This document shows, one piece after another, positions 1-12,114 of a DNA stretch of 36,585 bases (positions are counted from its first letter, which is position 1; each line of letters begins with the position of its first letter). The stretch is from contig NC_068981.1 in NCBI RefSeq assembly GCF_001194135.2, positions 23,542,113-23,578,697 of the forward strand. Direction: 5' to 3'. This DNA is from Octopus bimaculoides. Taxonomy: Eukaryota. The notes below the pieces were generated by a model that had not been told where the DNA came from, ran no database searches, and saw only the letters and a program-made list of their open reading frames with translations. Both the position numbers and the translations under genes were made by a program.

Positions 1-75
<75 letters not shown>
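1..75. repeat. (ATT)n microsatellite, probably the (AAT)n tail of the adjacent minus-strand retroelement
   Basis: About 25 ATT units with a single ATC interruption at 31-33. Confidence 0.95.
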
Positions 76-629
76 GAGTGAGAGAGCAGTGCATGCCATC
101 AAAGTGACACTGGGGTAAAATATACGAAGCCCATTATACCCATCATGACTACCCGTCTGATAAGGGTACACCAGGCACATGCATCACAACCATATGTGCG
201 CGACATGGTGATCTCATATCAAGATAAACAGCACATGACCTCGCAGGTGGGGCCCAGTTAGAATTTTCTTCAGGTCGAGTAGCCATCACGCTCAAAAGGT
301 CCCTGAATAAGGTTTGTTTAAAGAAGTTGAGTAAAACACCCATGTTTCCAAAGGTGAATTATTCAAACCCCAAAGAATTCCTCTCAACATATGGCTATGA
401 TGCTCTCCCACTACTTCTGCTCATGGTCAGAGATGCACATATCGTCAGCCATCAAGGGACATGCTCAACTGGTTAAGGTCAAACAACTGACAAGCAAATC
501 TGTGGTATTGAGCAGAATATTTGCTGTAGACCATCTTTTATACCAAGACAAAACAATGTACATGATAACACTTCCAATCAATTAAGGTCAGAAGCCATGA
601 GAGCCACTGCCTGGTACTGAATCCGAGAA
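76..629 (-). mobile_element. 5'-truncated non-LTR retroelement 3' end or SINE with an (AAT)n tail
   Basis: Complex, more GC-balanced 554-bp block. On the minus strand it ends ...gcactgctctctcactc-(AAT)n and it is bounded on the other side by (ATT)5 at 630-644. No protein-like ORF. Family not identified. Confidence 0.5.
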
Positions 630-644
630 ATTATTATTATTATT

Positions 645-790
645 GCGGACGCATGACCCAGTGGTTAGGGTGTTGCACGCGCAATTCCGAGTTTGTGCTT
701 TCAGTTTCTAAACGAGGTTGTGCGTTGTGTTCGTCAGCAAAGCACTTGCTCTGCAATTACTTCAACACCTGTTTCTTTTGCAAAAAAGGA
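645..790 (+). mobile_element. Degenerate tRNA-derived SINE
   Basis: A-box-like TGACCCAGTGGTTAGG near 655, followed by a decayed B box and CORE-like tgtgcgttgtgttc. Similar to the head of the minus-strand copy at 4795-5071. Confidence 0.45.
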
Positions 791-1486
791 ACATTTATCC
801 GTCTTCATCCACAGAGAGTCCTTCATCACCAGAATCATCATCATCATTATTATTTGGTTTATACTTTTTGACGATAACTGGAGTGTTATGCCTCCAGTTT
901 GACGGATATAATACCGTGTTATTCTTTCGTTTGCTTCGGCAAATGTGTATTTCAGTTCAAACCAGATACCTTACTGCTTACTTAGTGACCGTACAATAGA
1001 GAATGAGATTGTCGTCTGACTTTTGAATAAATCTGTTACAAGAAGTTTTAAAAGGCCAAAGAGCACGCTAAATGTCTCCTGCTGATTCTTTTGATATACA
1101 TTTTAAAATATGCTCTTCGTTTCTGGCAAACGTTGGCTTATTGTCTTGCAGTATGAAAAGAAATTGTTTATTTGTAAATGTTCCTGCATACAAAATAGCA
1201 AACACACATCTTTTACGAATACATTCGAATATACAAACATATTTACATAAATATCTGCTCATAGTTCTCTCGGACGCATGACTGGTCTCATTCACTGTAA
1301 CAGACAGACAATCGGCTGAAGAACAAGAGAGTTGGACAGCAGGTAAGTCGAATGAAAGTTGTTCTTGTGCATATCATTTTTTCCTTGCATCGGCTTTCGT
1401 CTCCATTTCATATATACAATTAATGCTTAAAGGATGATTCAAAGAACCGTATATCAAGCAATAAATCTTTACATGAATTACCATTC

Positions 1487-1646
1487 ATGCACACACACAC
1501 ATACACACACATACGTACACACACACACACATACACACATACATTTACATTCATTAACACACATACTTACATATTTATACATGCATGTATAAATATATTT
1601 GTACATATATGTATAGATATGTATATATATATATATATATATATAT
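1487..1646. repeat. Compound (CA)/(CATA)/(AT)n microsatellite
   Basis: Directly visible; abuts the gap. Confidence 0.9.
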
Positions 1647-2195
1647 NNNNNNNNNNNNNNNNNNNNNNNNNNNNNNNNNNNNNNNNNNNNNNNNNNNNNN
1701 NNNNNNNNNNNNNNNNNNNNNNNNNNNNNNNNNNNNNNNNNNNNNNNNNNNNNNNNNNNNNNNNNNNNNNNNNNNNNNNNNNNNNNNNNNNNNNNNNNNN
1801 NNNNNNNNNNNNNNNNNNNNNNNNNNNNNNNNNNNNNNNNNNNNNNNNNNNNNNNNNNNNNNNNNNNNNNNNNNNNNNNNNNNNNNNNNNNNNNNNNNNN
1901 NNNNNNNNNNNNNNNNNNNNNNNNNNNNNNNNNNNNNNNNNNNNNNNNNNNNNNNNNNNNNNNNNNNNNNNNNNNNNNNNNNNNNNNNNNNNNNNNNNNN
2001 NNNNNNNNNNNNNNNNNNNNNNNNNNNNNNNNNNNNNNNNNNNNNNNNNNNNNNNNNNNNNNNNNNNNNNNNNNNNNNNNNNNNNNNNNNNNNNNNNNNN
2101 NNNNNNNNNNNNNNNNNNNNNNNNNNNNNNNNNNNNNNNNNNNNNNNNNNNNNNNNNNNNNNNNNNNNNNNNNNNNNNNNNNNNNNNNNNNNNNN
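1647..2195. other. Assembly gap flanked by (AT)n on both sides
   Basis: Run of N. Confidence 0.99.
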
Positions 2196-2237
<42 letters not shown>

Positions 2238-3227
2238 CGCTTTATTCCCTGAATAACATTCGGGAATGTTATTCTGAAACTGTATCTGTCAATCAGAAAA
2301 GCACTAAGTACTAGTTCCTATACAGCGGGTATTTCAGTAACAGTACTATATTGAAATTCTTCCATTTCAGTATAATTATCCACTTTCTCTATTTGCTTGC
2401 AGTGACGAAAATCTATTTACTATATCGATTTTTTAGTTACTAACTTCTAACATACTTCCAAAGTGAATGCATGTATGAATTTTATGGGTACTTCTGAGTA
2501 GGTAATTTGATAATTATCTGCCAGATCGTGTTTGTTTGTTGCATGTGGACTTAGTTATTTCCAAATATGAAATATATCCATAACACGCATTCAAAATAAG
2601 CGTTCGAAATATTTTTATGAGAGGGAACTGGGAATTAAGACGTATGAATATATCATATATAATTTTTTATATCTTAATACTAACAATAAACTGGATTATA
2701 AACACCATTATAAGAATACTCAGATTTTACGATAGCAATCATTTTGGGACAGAAAGTTTTGGGGGAAAGAAAAATACAATGGAATATGTACTTTTGGAAT
2801 GAAAGTAGTTTTAAGTCATCTGAATGTAGAATTCAAATATATCCACTTATCTGCAATTTTGTTTTTCCGATATCAAGTATCTAGTAGTTTTCGAAGTTTC
2901 AGTTGCTATTAGCAAATTTATGAGTTGACATATAAAAAAAAATAAGAGGTATACAACCATCAGTAAAGAAACGGTGAATAAACGGATGAATATAATCTGC
3001 TATTGTTATTTAAAACGTGAACATGTCACGTGATGTGAAATAAGAGTATATAGTTATGTAGTCATATTTAACATGTAAAAATGTGATGGTACATAAGTAT
3101 ATTTCATTTAACAGTACTTCTTTCGCCTCTTATTCATGTATTCCAGTTTTGAAGAAGGGGTGTTTACGATGACAAACAAATGAAAGCAACTAGTTTCATT
3201 TAATAATTTAGCACATTGTAAAGCGAA

Positions 3228-3392
3228 GAACTGGCAGAATCGTTAGCATTCCGAGCAAATTGCTAAGCGGCCTTTGCGTTCTAAATTCAAATTCGCCGTG
3301 GTCAATAAGTACCAGTTGAGCACTGGGGTTGATTTAATTGACTTGGTCCCTCACCCGATATTGTTGACTTTGTGCTGAAATTTGAAACCATT
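3228..3392 (+). mobile_element. SINE family A copy with an internal deletion
   Basis: Head ctggcagaatcgttagca and body ataagtaccagttgagcactggggttgattt, shared with about 10 other copies in the window. Confidence 0.75.
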
Positions 3393-3444
3393 CACACATT
3401 ACAAAATAAGTTTTAAGGCAGCGAATAAAAAATATTTCAGTACT

Positions 3445-3657
3445 GAGCTGGTAGAATCGTTAGCACACCCAACCAAAAGGCTTAGCGGTATTTTGTTAGT
3501 CTTTACATTCTGAGTTCAAATTCCGCCGAAGTCGAATTTGCCTTTCATCTTTTCGGGGCCGATGAAATAAGCACCAATTACGCACTGGAGTTGATGTAAT
3601 CGACTTACCTTTCCCCACCAAATTTTAGGCTTTGTGCCTATAGTAGAAAGGATTATT
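3445..3657 (+). mobile_element. SINE family A (tRNA-like head, Meta-domain-like core)
   Basis: gagctggtagaatcgttagca ... ctgagttcaaattccgcc (B-box-like) ... gcctttcatcttttcggggccgatgaaataagcacc ... tgtgcctatagtagaaagga. The Meta-domain assignment is from recall, not a search. Confidence 0.8.
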
Positions 3658-4794
3658 TCATTATCTAAATATAAGACGGTCAAAGGAACCCTAAGTATAG
3701 TTCTAGTAATTAGTAATATTCAAATGATTCACATGAAAATATGCAACTGATGTATTGCAAACAATTTTCACAGCCCAGAACTTGCAAATCTACGACAGAA
3801 AATATTCGTCGTGATCATTCCATCATTAGGAACAATTGTGTTCGATGTGTACTTCACGTTTGAGGTACTAGAAAGTGATCTGAAAGAGATTTGACTGCTA
3901 TTTCTTGTAGTTAGAATGCCGGCAGAGAAGCGCCCTATGATGCTTCTTAAAGCAGTTGTATTTCTAATGCTGTGTAGGTATTCTGTCGAAACACGCATAC
4001 ATGGAACATGCAATTTCGTCTCCTTTTTAATAAGACAATTTCTTCCTATCGAAGTAGCTGTGGACCTACCAATAAAAAGGGTCATGGTTACTACCATTCT
4101 CTTCTCTGAGCCCTTCTATCATTCACTTCTGCTTCCTAGTCCTTTGTCAAATTGTGTCCTTCCTTACTAGCTTCTCTATAGACTGTATGTGCCACTGTAA
4201 AATTCCTTGTAGTGTATGTCACCCCCAACTAAAACTGCATGATCAATCGTTTCTCTTATTTTCTTTTCAACCAATATTTTACCTAATTTTCTAAATTATT
4301 CAGGAAGCATTTTCATTAATACTTTTACTGTTTCTCTTTGAGTAGCCTGTCCTGGTCATAGTTGGTCTTTCATCCCGTAATCTGCAACAATACACATTTT
4401 GCAAAAAAAAACAACAAAAAAAAGCAACGGCGATGACAATGACGATGACGACGACAACGAAAGAGAATGCCCAGTTTAATTCGCTTGTCTCTTATCATAA
4501 AAACACACAAATACCACAGATTAGCCGAGGCGAGAAAAATTCATTTCCCTCATTTTTTTTTCTCTCTCACCTCTTGCCGACTTCTTTTAATCATTGTATA
4601 GACATCTTTCCGCACTTTGGTTTTTTTCTTTTTTTTTTTCTTATTTCTTGGTTCCGATTGAGTAATACCAGTCTGCAAGTGAAATATAGAGACGAGTGCT
4701 AATTTGGTTATTATTAGCAGTATCGTTTCAATATAGGATTAATTAATGGACTCATTAATGATAATAACGTCTGCTATTTCCTCATTAAGTCATG

Positions 4795-5071
4795 ATCAGC
4801 CTATGTGCTTGTTTGGGTAGTCGTTACTGGCGAGTGTGTTTACGAGAGAACGGAGTATAAAGCTAACTCGACCTCTTTGAGTCGTCTTTTTCTTTTACGA
4901 CACGCAGAGGAAACGTCTATTCTTTGACATGTCGGACCCCGCAGAGCAATAGAGCAACGTGAAATCAAGTATTTTGTTCAACAACACAAAGCTTTGCCTG
5001 GTCTGGGAATTGAATGTACGATCTGGCTATCGTCAGTGTTACAATCTAACCACTAAGCTATGCGTCTTCAC
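4795..5071 (-). mobile_element. Degenerate tRNA-derived SINE
   Basis: Minus strand starts gtgaagacgcatagcttagtggttag (A box) followed by ...cattcaattcccagacc (B-box-like). Confidence 0.55.
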
Positions 5072-5785
5072 AGACAAGGACCCTACAGAATTCGTTGGTC
5101 TTGACGTGTGCAACAGGTCTTCAGTAATGAAACTGGACCAATCCTAGTTCTAGTGGTATAGAAGACCGTGCTATTGTTGCCATTGGGTTTGTTTGTACAG
5201 TTGAGAAGAAGTAATGAAATACCGTCAGATGGAAATACTTTACAATAAATTAGAGATATTCGAACTTATAAGTGGGGATTTTGCAGACAGTCGAACAGTA
5301 AGTAAAACATAACTAAACAGGTCATATAGATGTTGGAGCGTATGACAATGAACGTAAACAAAAATGATAAAAAATACCTGGATGAGTTAGTTTGAAAGCA
5401 GGTTATTAAGACAATTTGGCACCATTAGAGTCTTCATTTATATCTTATATTCGAAGAACAAACTAAATAAAACTATTCGGCAACCTTCTAAGAACAGTCA
5501 AAATACACAGCCAAAAAAAAAAATTGGTTTCATTTAATTATGCTTTTATTTGATTATTTTATAACTTGTTATCTTTAGTTGAGTGAAGACTAGATATAAT
5601 TATAGGATCCATCGTCAACTTTGCTGACGTCTTAAAGCGATAAGGAATGAATAAAGCTGTAAAACACTTTCTTCTTGGAATGTTTTTTTTTCATCACTAC
5701 TGATAAATTCTCTTCGACAAAATTTAGATAGTTTTCATAATTTTTAAAAACCTAAATGATTTAGTATGATGAGCTCAAGATTAAA

Positions 5786-5786
<1 letters not shown>

Positions 5787-5849
<63 letters not shown>
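5787..5849. repeat. (CA)n microsatellite
   Basis: Perfect CA run that continues after the gap at 6726-6741. Confidence 0.95.
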
Positions 5850-6725
5850 NNNNNNNNNNNNNNNNNNNNNNNNNNNNNNNNNNNNNNNNNNNNNNNNNNN
5901 NNNNNNNNNNNNNNNNNNNNNNNNNNNNNNNNNNNNNNNNNNNNNNNNNNNNNNNNNNNNNNNNNNNNNNNNNNNNNNNNNNNNNNNNNNNNNNNNNNNN
6001 NNNNNNNNNNNNNNNNNNNNNNNNNNNNNNNNNNNNNNNNNNNNNNNNNNNNNNNNNNNNNNNNNNNNNNNNNNNNNNNNNNNNNNNNNNNNNNNNNNNN
6101 NNNNNNNNNNNNNNNNNNNNNNNNNNNNNNNNNNNNNNNNNNNNNNNNNNNNNNNNNNNNNNNNNNNNNNNNNNNNNNNNNNNNNNNNNNNNNNNNNNNN
6201 NNNNNNNNNNNNNNNNNNNNNNNNNNNNNNNNNNNNNNNNNNNNNNNNNNNNNNNNNNNNNNNNNNNNNNNNNNNNNNNNNNNNNNNNNNNNNNNNNNNN
6301 NNNNNNNNNNNNNNNNNNNNNNNNNNNNNNNNNNNNNNNNNNNNNNNNNNNNNNNNNNNNNNNNNNNNNNNNNNNNNNNNNNNNNNNNNNNNNNNNNNNN
6401 NNNNNNNNNNNNNNNNNNNNNNNNNNNNNNNNNNNNNNNNNNNNNNNNNNNNNNNNNNNNNNNNNNNNNNNNNNNNNNNNNNNNNNNNNNNNNNNNNNNN
6501 NNNNNNNNNNNNNNNNNNNNNNNNNNNNNNNNNNNNNNNNNNNNNNNNNNNNNNNNNNNNNNNNNNNNNNNNNNNNNNNNNNNNNNNNNNNNNNNNNNNN
6601 NNNNNNNNNNNNNNNNNNNNNNNNNNNNNNNNNNNNNNNNNNNNNNNNNNNNNNNNNNNNNNNNNNNNNNNNNNNNNNNNNNNNNNNNNNNNNNNNNNNN
6701 NNNNNNNNNNNNNNNNNNNNNNNNN
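5850..6725. other. Assembly gap
   Basis: Run of N. Confidence 0.99.
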
Positions 6726-8754
6726 CACACACACACACACATCATAAACACAAGGCGCACACAGATAAAGATATAACTACAATAACGAAAAGACTTTATA
6801 GCGTAAAATAATTGAAACCTATAAAATATCCATGAGCAGTCAGACTTCAGAATCCCCCCCCCCCAAAGCAATTCTTCACCGTCCGCCGCATAAAATAATA
6901 CTAACTATAAACTGGCAAAAGCGAAAATGTTTTCCGAGATCGAGGCCTGCTAAATTTGTATTTTTGACTTCTTTTAAAGAGATTCTCTCAAATTATTCTA
7001 TTCTTAAACGCGTAACCATCAGGATATTTCGTAAACACACATCATCAAACATACATACAAATCCAAGTTACTTTGTAGAGTGAACGTGGTTTTACCGTAT
7101 CAACTTGCTGTCATATAGCTTTGCCTCTAATTTGTTTTACTTCCAAGCTCTTCCTAAGCCGTTATAAAATAACCAAGAAAGAAGTACAAATAAATCCAGA
7201 AACTGAGAAAGTGTACACAATGGCTTCGTGTATTGATAATATGGTATATGAAAAATGGTTTAGCATCTCTCAGGAACGACTTTATTTTTCTAATAAAGTT
7301 GTTTTTTTTTTAAACAATACCTACATAACTAACAGCAGGAAAACCAAAAATAAGTATGAGGAATAGGCACCCGTTATGAATAATAATCATTCCATCGAAG
7401 TCCCATAATGGTTAAACATTATAGGGAAAAGAAAAAAAATGAACGGTCATAAAAGCCATTCATGCGGTCGACCTTAATTTGAAGTTGCAACAATTTCTGT
7501 TGACAAAGAATGAATAGGAAAGTGAAAATTCATTGATACATGCAAGCATCTCATAAATTTGTTTTGCTACAGAGATTCCATAACGAAACGAAATTTCGAA
7601 AAACATTTGTATAATGGCATAGTTTTTATATTATTTTTCATATAAAAGCCACGCACAGCAGAAATTTTAACGACGAAGAGTTGGAAAAAACGCATTTAAT
7701 TTATTGCAGCTAAATTTATACGAAGTCGTTTGTAATTTTGAATCTCGTTCAAAATGCGTGAATATAAGAAGAAATAGAAGTGCTTCGAGCAATTAATGTA
7801 ACGTTGTAATAATAAACTTAATAAACGGAAATTTTATAGCTTTGATTTCACTAAATTGCTTTGATTTGAATATTATTTATTTTACTAAGCTACGAGGTGA
7901 ATTGAGAGGTTGCAGCCATTTTGTCAAACTGTTTTTCTGCAGAGAAACAAAAGCATCCAGAAAGCAACATGCATATGAACATTAACGCATGCGAACAAGC
8001 ACACATATACATGCATCTCTCTCTTTGTACACACATACACACAAACGCACACACACACATTTAGATAAGAATATAAGCTCTTGGTAGTGTTCAGTGAAGT
8101 ATATTAATGATACAATAATTAGTGAAAGGTAACTGACATCTGCTTTTACTTACAGATATAAACAGTTTGTGTTTTCCTAAGGCATGTGTTTATGTATGTG
8201 CGTGTGTGTGTGTGTGTGTGTGTGGTGCGTGTGTCCATGCGTGCGTGTTTATGGGTACTTTATACCGGATAGAAAAATAATACTCAAAACATGGACAATA
8301 TAATTATATTTATTCAGCTCCTGCCATTTGTCATTATTTCAAGTATCAAACACAAATTGTGAGCATAAAACATAGCATGAAACATGTATTATCCGAGATT
8401 GCGCCGGAAGCGACTCTTTCATTGGTTAATACAGATTACGTGAGTCACGCCCGAAGAGCATCAATTCACAAGTAAATCAAATGTCTTTCCTAAATGAGAG
8501 TAAAAAGTGAATATATAACTGTTTTGTTTTAACGTAGTATTTTTGTCGTTTTTAATACCTGTGTGATACATTGGGGACATAATAATATACTATTGTCGTG
8601 ATGGTCAATTGTAGTAATCAATATTTAGTTTAAATTTGGGGTTTTCGTGTTTGAATTTCTTAATAACCCGTTTAACTATGATGGATTCGTCAAGTCTGCA
8701 TAAAAATTTATATATAAACCTGAATATTATATTTCTTTGCATTAAGGATAGATA

Positions 8755-9470
8755 AAATTTTCTCTTTAAGGATTAGCCTCATGTCCAGGTTGAGTCCGAA
8801 TTTTATATACGTTACATGTAATTACATATGCCATTGTGAGTGCAACTACACATATCCCGCACTCCGAGGCAAATGGTATAACCATGATGATATTTTCGGA
8901 CAAACTGCTTATGATGTGTGTGATATCTTAGGTGTTAACTCCACAAAGTTGGCATCGGTTATCAGATTTTGGTCTTTTCCTGTATCTCTGTCCCTTTTGT
9001 GCATCAGGAATTTGGTTGATATATCCTTTTCCTGGATTGTAAACGTATACCCTTCAAAGTGGGACTCCGTTATCCAGTTGTTGGTTCATGATAGACTGTT
9101 TTGACGATCGATGTTACTATCTTTCCGGAGCTTTCTGCTAACGTTTCCATGCATGGTCTTCTGCTACTATTCACTCATCCTTTCATCTGACGATTCTTTG
9201 CAGTAGAGTCGTCTGACTTCATTGGGCATGTATTCGAGGTTATCAGACATGGATTGCTGCTCAAGGAGCAGTTTTCTAAGTCTCATGATGTTATGCAAAC
9301 TTGGTCACAGATGCACTTCGACATTTGTTGGTTAAAAGAGGTTGCCGAATGAATATGATACGGCATTCTGGATCGATGTTAAGCCTCTGCCGCCCTGTTT
9401 CTGTTTTAGGTCGAGATAGTCTATGTCGCTGTTGATATGGAAATTATGTGTGCTGGTTAGTATCTTCCAG
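8755..9470 (-). mobile_element. Decayed R4/Dong-like RLE non-LTR retrotransposon fragment (post-RT region to zinc knuckle)
   Basis: Colinear nucleotide homology with 18260-18940. Minus strand reads KILTSTHNFHINSDIDYLDLKQKQGGRGLTSI and has remnants of FEGYTFTIQEKDISTKFLMHKRD. Multiple stops and frameshifts. Confidence 0.75.
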
Positions 9471-10155
9471 ATATGTATGTATTCAACTATGAATTAAAAG
9501 CAGCGTTAGTGTTGCAAACATTATCGAACACACATACGCTATATAAGTACCATGCTTGTTGGCCGTAAGCTGTAATTTGACAAGGTGGAGATGACTCTCT
9601 CAAAGTACCGGATGTTGAAACACCTGAAAGTCGTAGACAGGTAAGACAACTCACTCCGGATCCCATTCAGGAGCGATCGACATCGGTGTTTCACCATTTT
9701 TGTGGCTTATCAACATCACATATCTGAACCGAATCGGAAGTGAACTGTGTTGTCTCTCCATGTCTATATGTAAAATGGTGTAAAAAAACAAAACATCTGC
9801 TTGTATGCCTGAATGATGCATACGTAGAAATGAATTCAGATGTGAATTAGAATCATCGCTAGTGAATGAAAGTCATGGACAGGCAAGACAACTCACCCCG
9901 AATCCCATTCACTGGCGCTGCTTCTAATTCATATTTGAATTCATTTTTACGTAAACCTCGTTGGCATGCCAACAGATGATTTTTACAGGAGTCAATTCAT
10001 TCGATAAAAGATTCTGCTCTCTAGTGACTGAAATACGTAACAAATAAAATGCTTGACATTAACTTTACAAACACAACACTAATACGAGAAGAGCAAGAAG
10101 ACCATTGTCAGGATTTGAACTGTTGATCTGTTGTTTACTATGTTATCGTTTACCT

Positions 10156-10412
10156 CAGAGTTTCTCAACTTGGGTCCACTTAGGCCTTGGGGTCCACCTA
10201 AGATCTTGCTGTTAAAGTTTATCTGTAATAAATCAGCTATACTTCTTCAATGCACAAAATATTTTAACAAGTCTTATATACAATTCCTAATAGTATTTAA
10301 TTATAAAAATATAATGAGATTTATAAAGCATTGAATGGCCATGAGGATCCATCCACCCAAGCAAAATAGAAATCAAAGTGGCCCATAGGCAAAAAAAGGT
10401 TGAGAAACACTG
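10156..10412. mobile_element. hAT (Charlie/MER5-like) MITE, 257 bp
   Basis: TIR cagagtttctcaac versus reverse complement of the right end cagtgtttctcaac (13/14). 8-bp flanks gtttacct and atttacat (6/8) fit a decayed hAT TSD. Confidence 0.8.
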
Positions 10413-10924
10413 ATTTACATCAATGACTCACACATTTGCTGCGAAGACAAATATAAGGAACAGAAAGGAGCAGAAATAATATCCCTAATTTCAGAAGGCA
10501 TCTGATAGTGGTCTGCGTGTAAGTGATAAGTATGGAACCAGTGAAGGATCGTTGCTTTCTTTTTTTGTTATGGGATGGTGCATATCATTTATGTTTTCTT
10601 TCACTTGTAACAGTCATTAGACTGCGGCCATGCTGGTGTACTGCTTTGAAGAACATTTAGTCGAATGAATCGATCCCAGTACTTATTTTTTTAAATGTTT
10701 AGTACTTATTCTCCACTGTGACAAATCATTTGACAGAGGAAAGAGGAAGAGTAACGACAAGAAAGAAAATGGAGGCTACAACAATCAAAGCCTCCACCAC
10801 GGATCCCTTGTGAACTTTGCAACGGGCACTTCCATGGAAAAATCGGCCTCATTAATAATCAGAGGCATAAACACGGACAGAAGGGAAGACGTGGTCAAGA
10901 AGAGATAAAATAAATTATCGGCGA

Positions 10925-11248
10925 CGACTTATTCTATCGGTCTTTTTTGTCAAATTGCTAAGTTACATGGGAATAAACTCACTAACACCGGTTGCCAGGC
11001 AGCTGGGGGACAAGCACGGACACACACACACACAAACTCACACACACGTACACAAACAAACATACACGCAAACACACACACACACACACACAAGCACATA
11101 CACACACATACGACAGGATTCTTTCAGTTTCCACCAACTAAATCCACTTTCAAGGCTTTGGCCGGTTCGAGAAACACTTGCGCAAGGTGTCACGAAGTGG
11201 GACTGAAAGCGTAACCCCGTGGTTGGGAAGCAAACTTCGTACCACACA
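10925..11248 (-). mobile_element. SINE family B (tRNA head, CORE-like domain, internal (TG)n, 3' tail)
   Basis: Minus strand has ggcgtggttgtgtggtacgaagtttgcttcccaacc ... gacaccttgcgcaagtgtttc (MIR/CORE-like), an internal CA/TG run at about 10995-11110, and tail ...ggtgttagtgagtttattcccatgtaacttagc. Confidence 0.8.
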
Positions 11249-11448
11249 ACCACGCCTTTAATCAATCTAATATTTCAACTGGTAATTTTTTCATGGATAC
11301 AGAATAGTAAGATTCAAAATCAACCACTCCTGCATTCGAAAAACATAGTAACACTTAATTCATACAGCGTTTGATTCAATAAATTGAAACTAGAAATTCC
11401 TCTTTGCTATCCCCATTTTTAATTATCATTTGGTAAAAAAAATATACA

Positions 11449-11990
11449 CAGTGCAGGCGAAGGCATGGTTGTTTTGCAGACGCGCGGTTTTAGGTTCGGT
11501 CCCATTGCGCGGCACACTGGGCAAGTATTTTCTTCAATAGTAAAATGCCTTGTGAGTGGATTTGGGAGGCGGAAACTACGTGGAAGTGATATGTATGTAT
11601 GCTTGAAGGCGGCGAGCACGTCGGGCGAAATGCTTAGTGGTATTTCGTCTGTCTTTATATTCTGAGTTCCAATTCCACCGAGGTCGACTTTGCCTTTCAT
11701 CCTTTCAGGGTCGGTGAATTAAGTACCAGTTGCGTACTTGGGTCGATCTAATCGACTGCCCCCACCCTCCAAAAATCTCGGGCTTTGTGCCTAGAGTAGA
11801 AAAGGATATGTATGTATGCATGTATTTATATTTGTATGTCTTTGTGTCTATTTCCCCACGACTTGACAACTAGTGATGGTTCCTTTATGTCACCTAACTT
11901 AGTGGTTCGACAAAAAGAGAACGATAGAATGAGTATGAGACCGGGGTCAGATTACCGCTGTCCAGTGACTATAACAAAATGTGAAAGAAA
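11449..11990 (+). mobile_element. SINE family B copy interrupted by a family A insertion
   Basis: Head and CORE-like gcggcacactgggcaagtattttcttc at 11449-11600. The tail cttgacaactagtgatgg...aacttagtggttcgacaaaagaga resumes after 11820. Confidence 0.75.
11603..11804 (+). mobile_element. SINE family A nested in family B, with a 15-bp TSD
   Basis: gatatgtatgtatgc occurs at 11588-11602 and again at 11805-11819. The body contains gcctttcatcctttcagggtcggtgaattaagtaccagttg. Confidence 0.85.
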
Positions 11991-12016
11991 TATGAAGAGT
12001 GAAAAAGACAAAAGGT

Positions 12017-12114
12017 AGGCGCAGGCGTGGCTGAAAAGTAGGAAGCTTGCTTCCTAACCACATGGTCCCGGGCTCAGTCCAACTGCGTGGCAACTTGGGC
12101 AAGTGTCTTCTACT
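12017..12114 (+). mobile_element. SINE family B head and CORE-like fragment
   Basis: aggcgcaggcgtggctg...gcttgcttcctaaccacatggtcccgggctcagtcc...gcgtggcaacttgggcaagtgtcttctact. Confidence 0.8.

Noticed and set aside
1487-2314. Long ORFs spanning N runs (also 5744-6871, 20455-21017, 27011-28208)
   Set aside because: Artefacts of gaps and flanking dinucleotide repeats.
3768-4400. ORFs 3768-4097 (-) and 3916-4170 (+), and a Lys/Glu-rich broken minus-strand frame at about 4200-4400
   Set aside because: No recognisable domain. Part of the region resembles a repeat also seen at about 31600-31690. It may be an old TE, but I cannot support a call.
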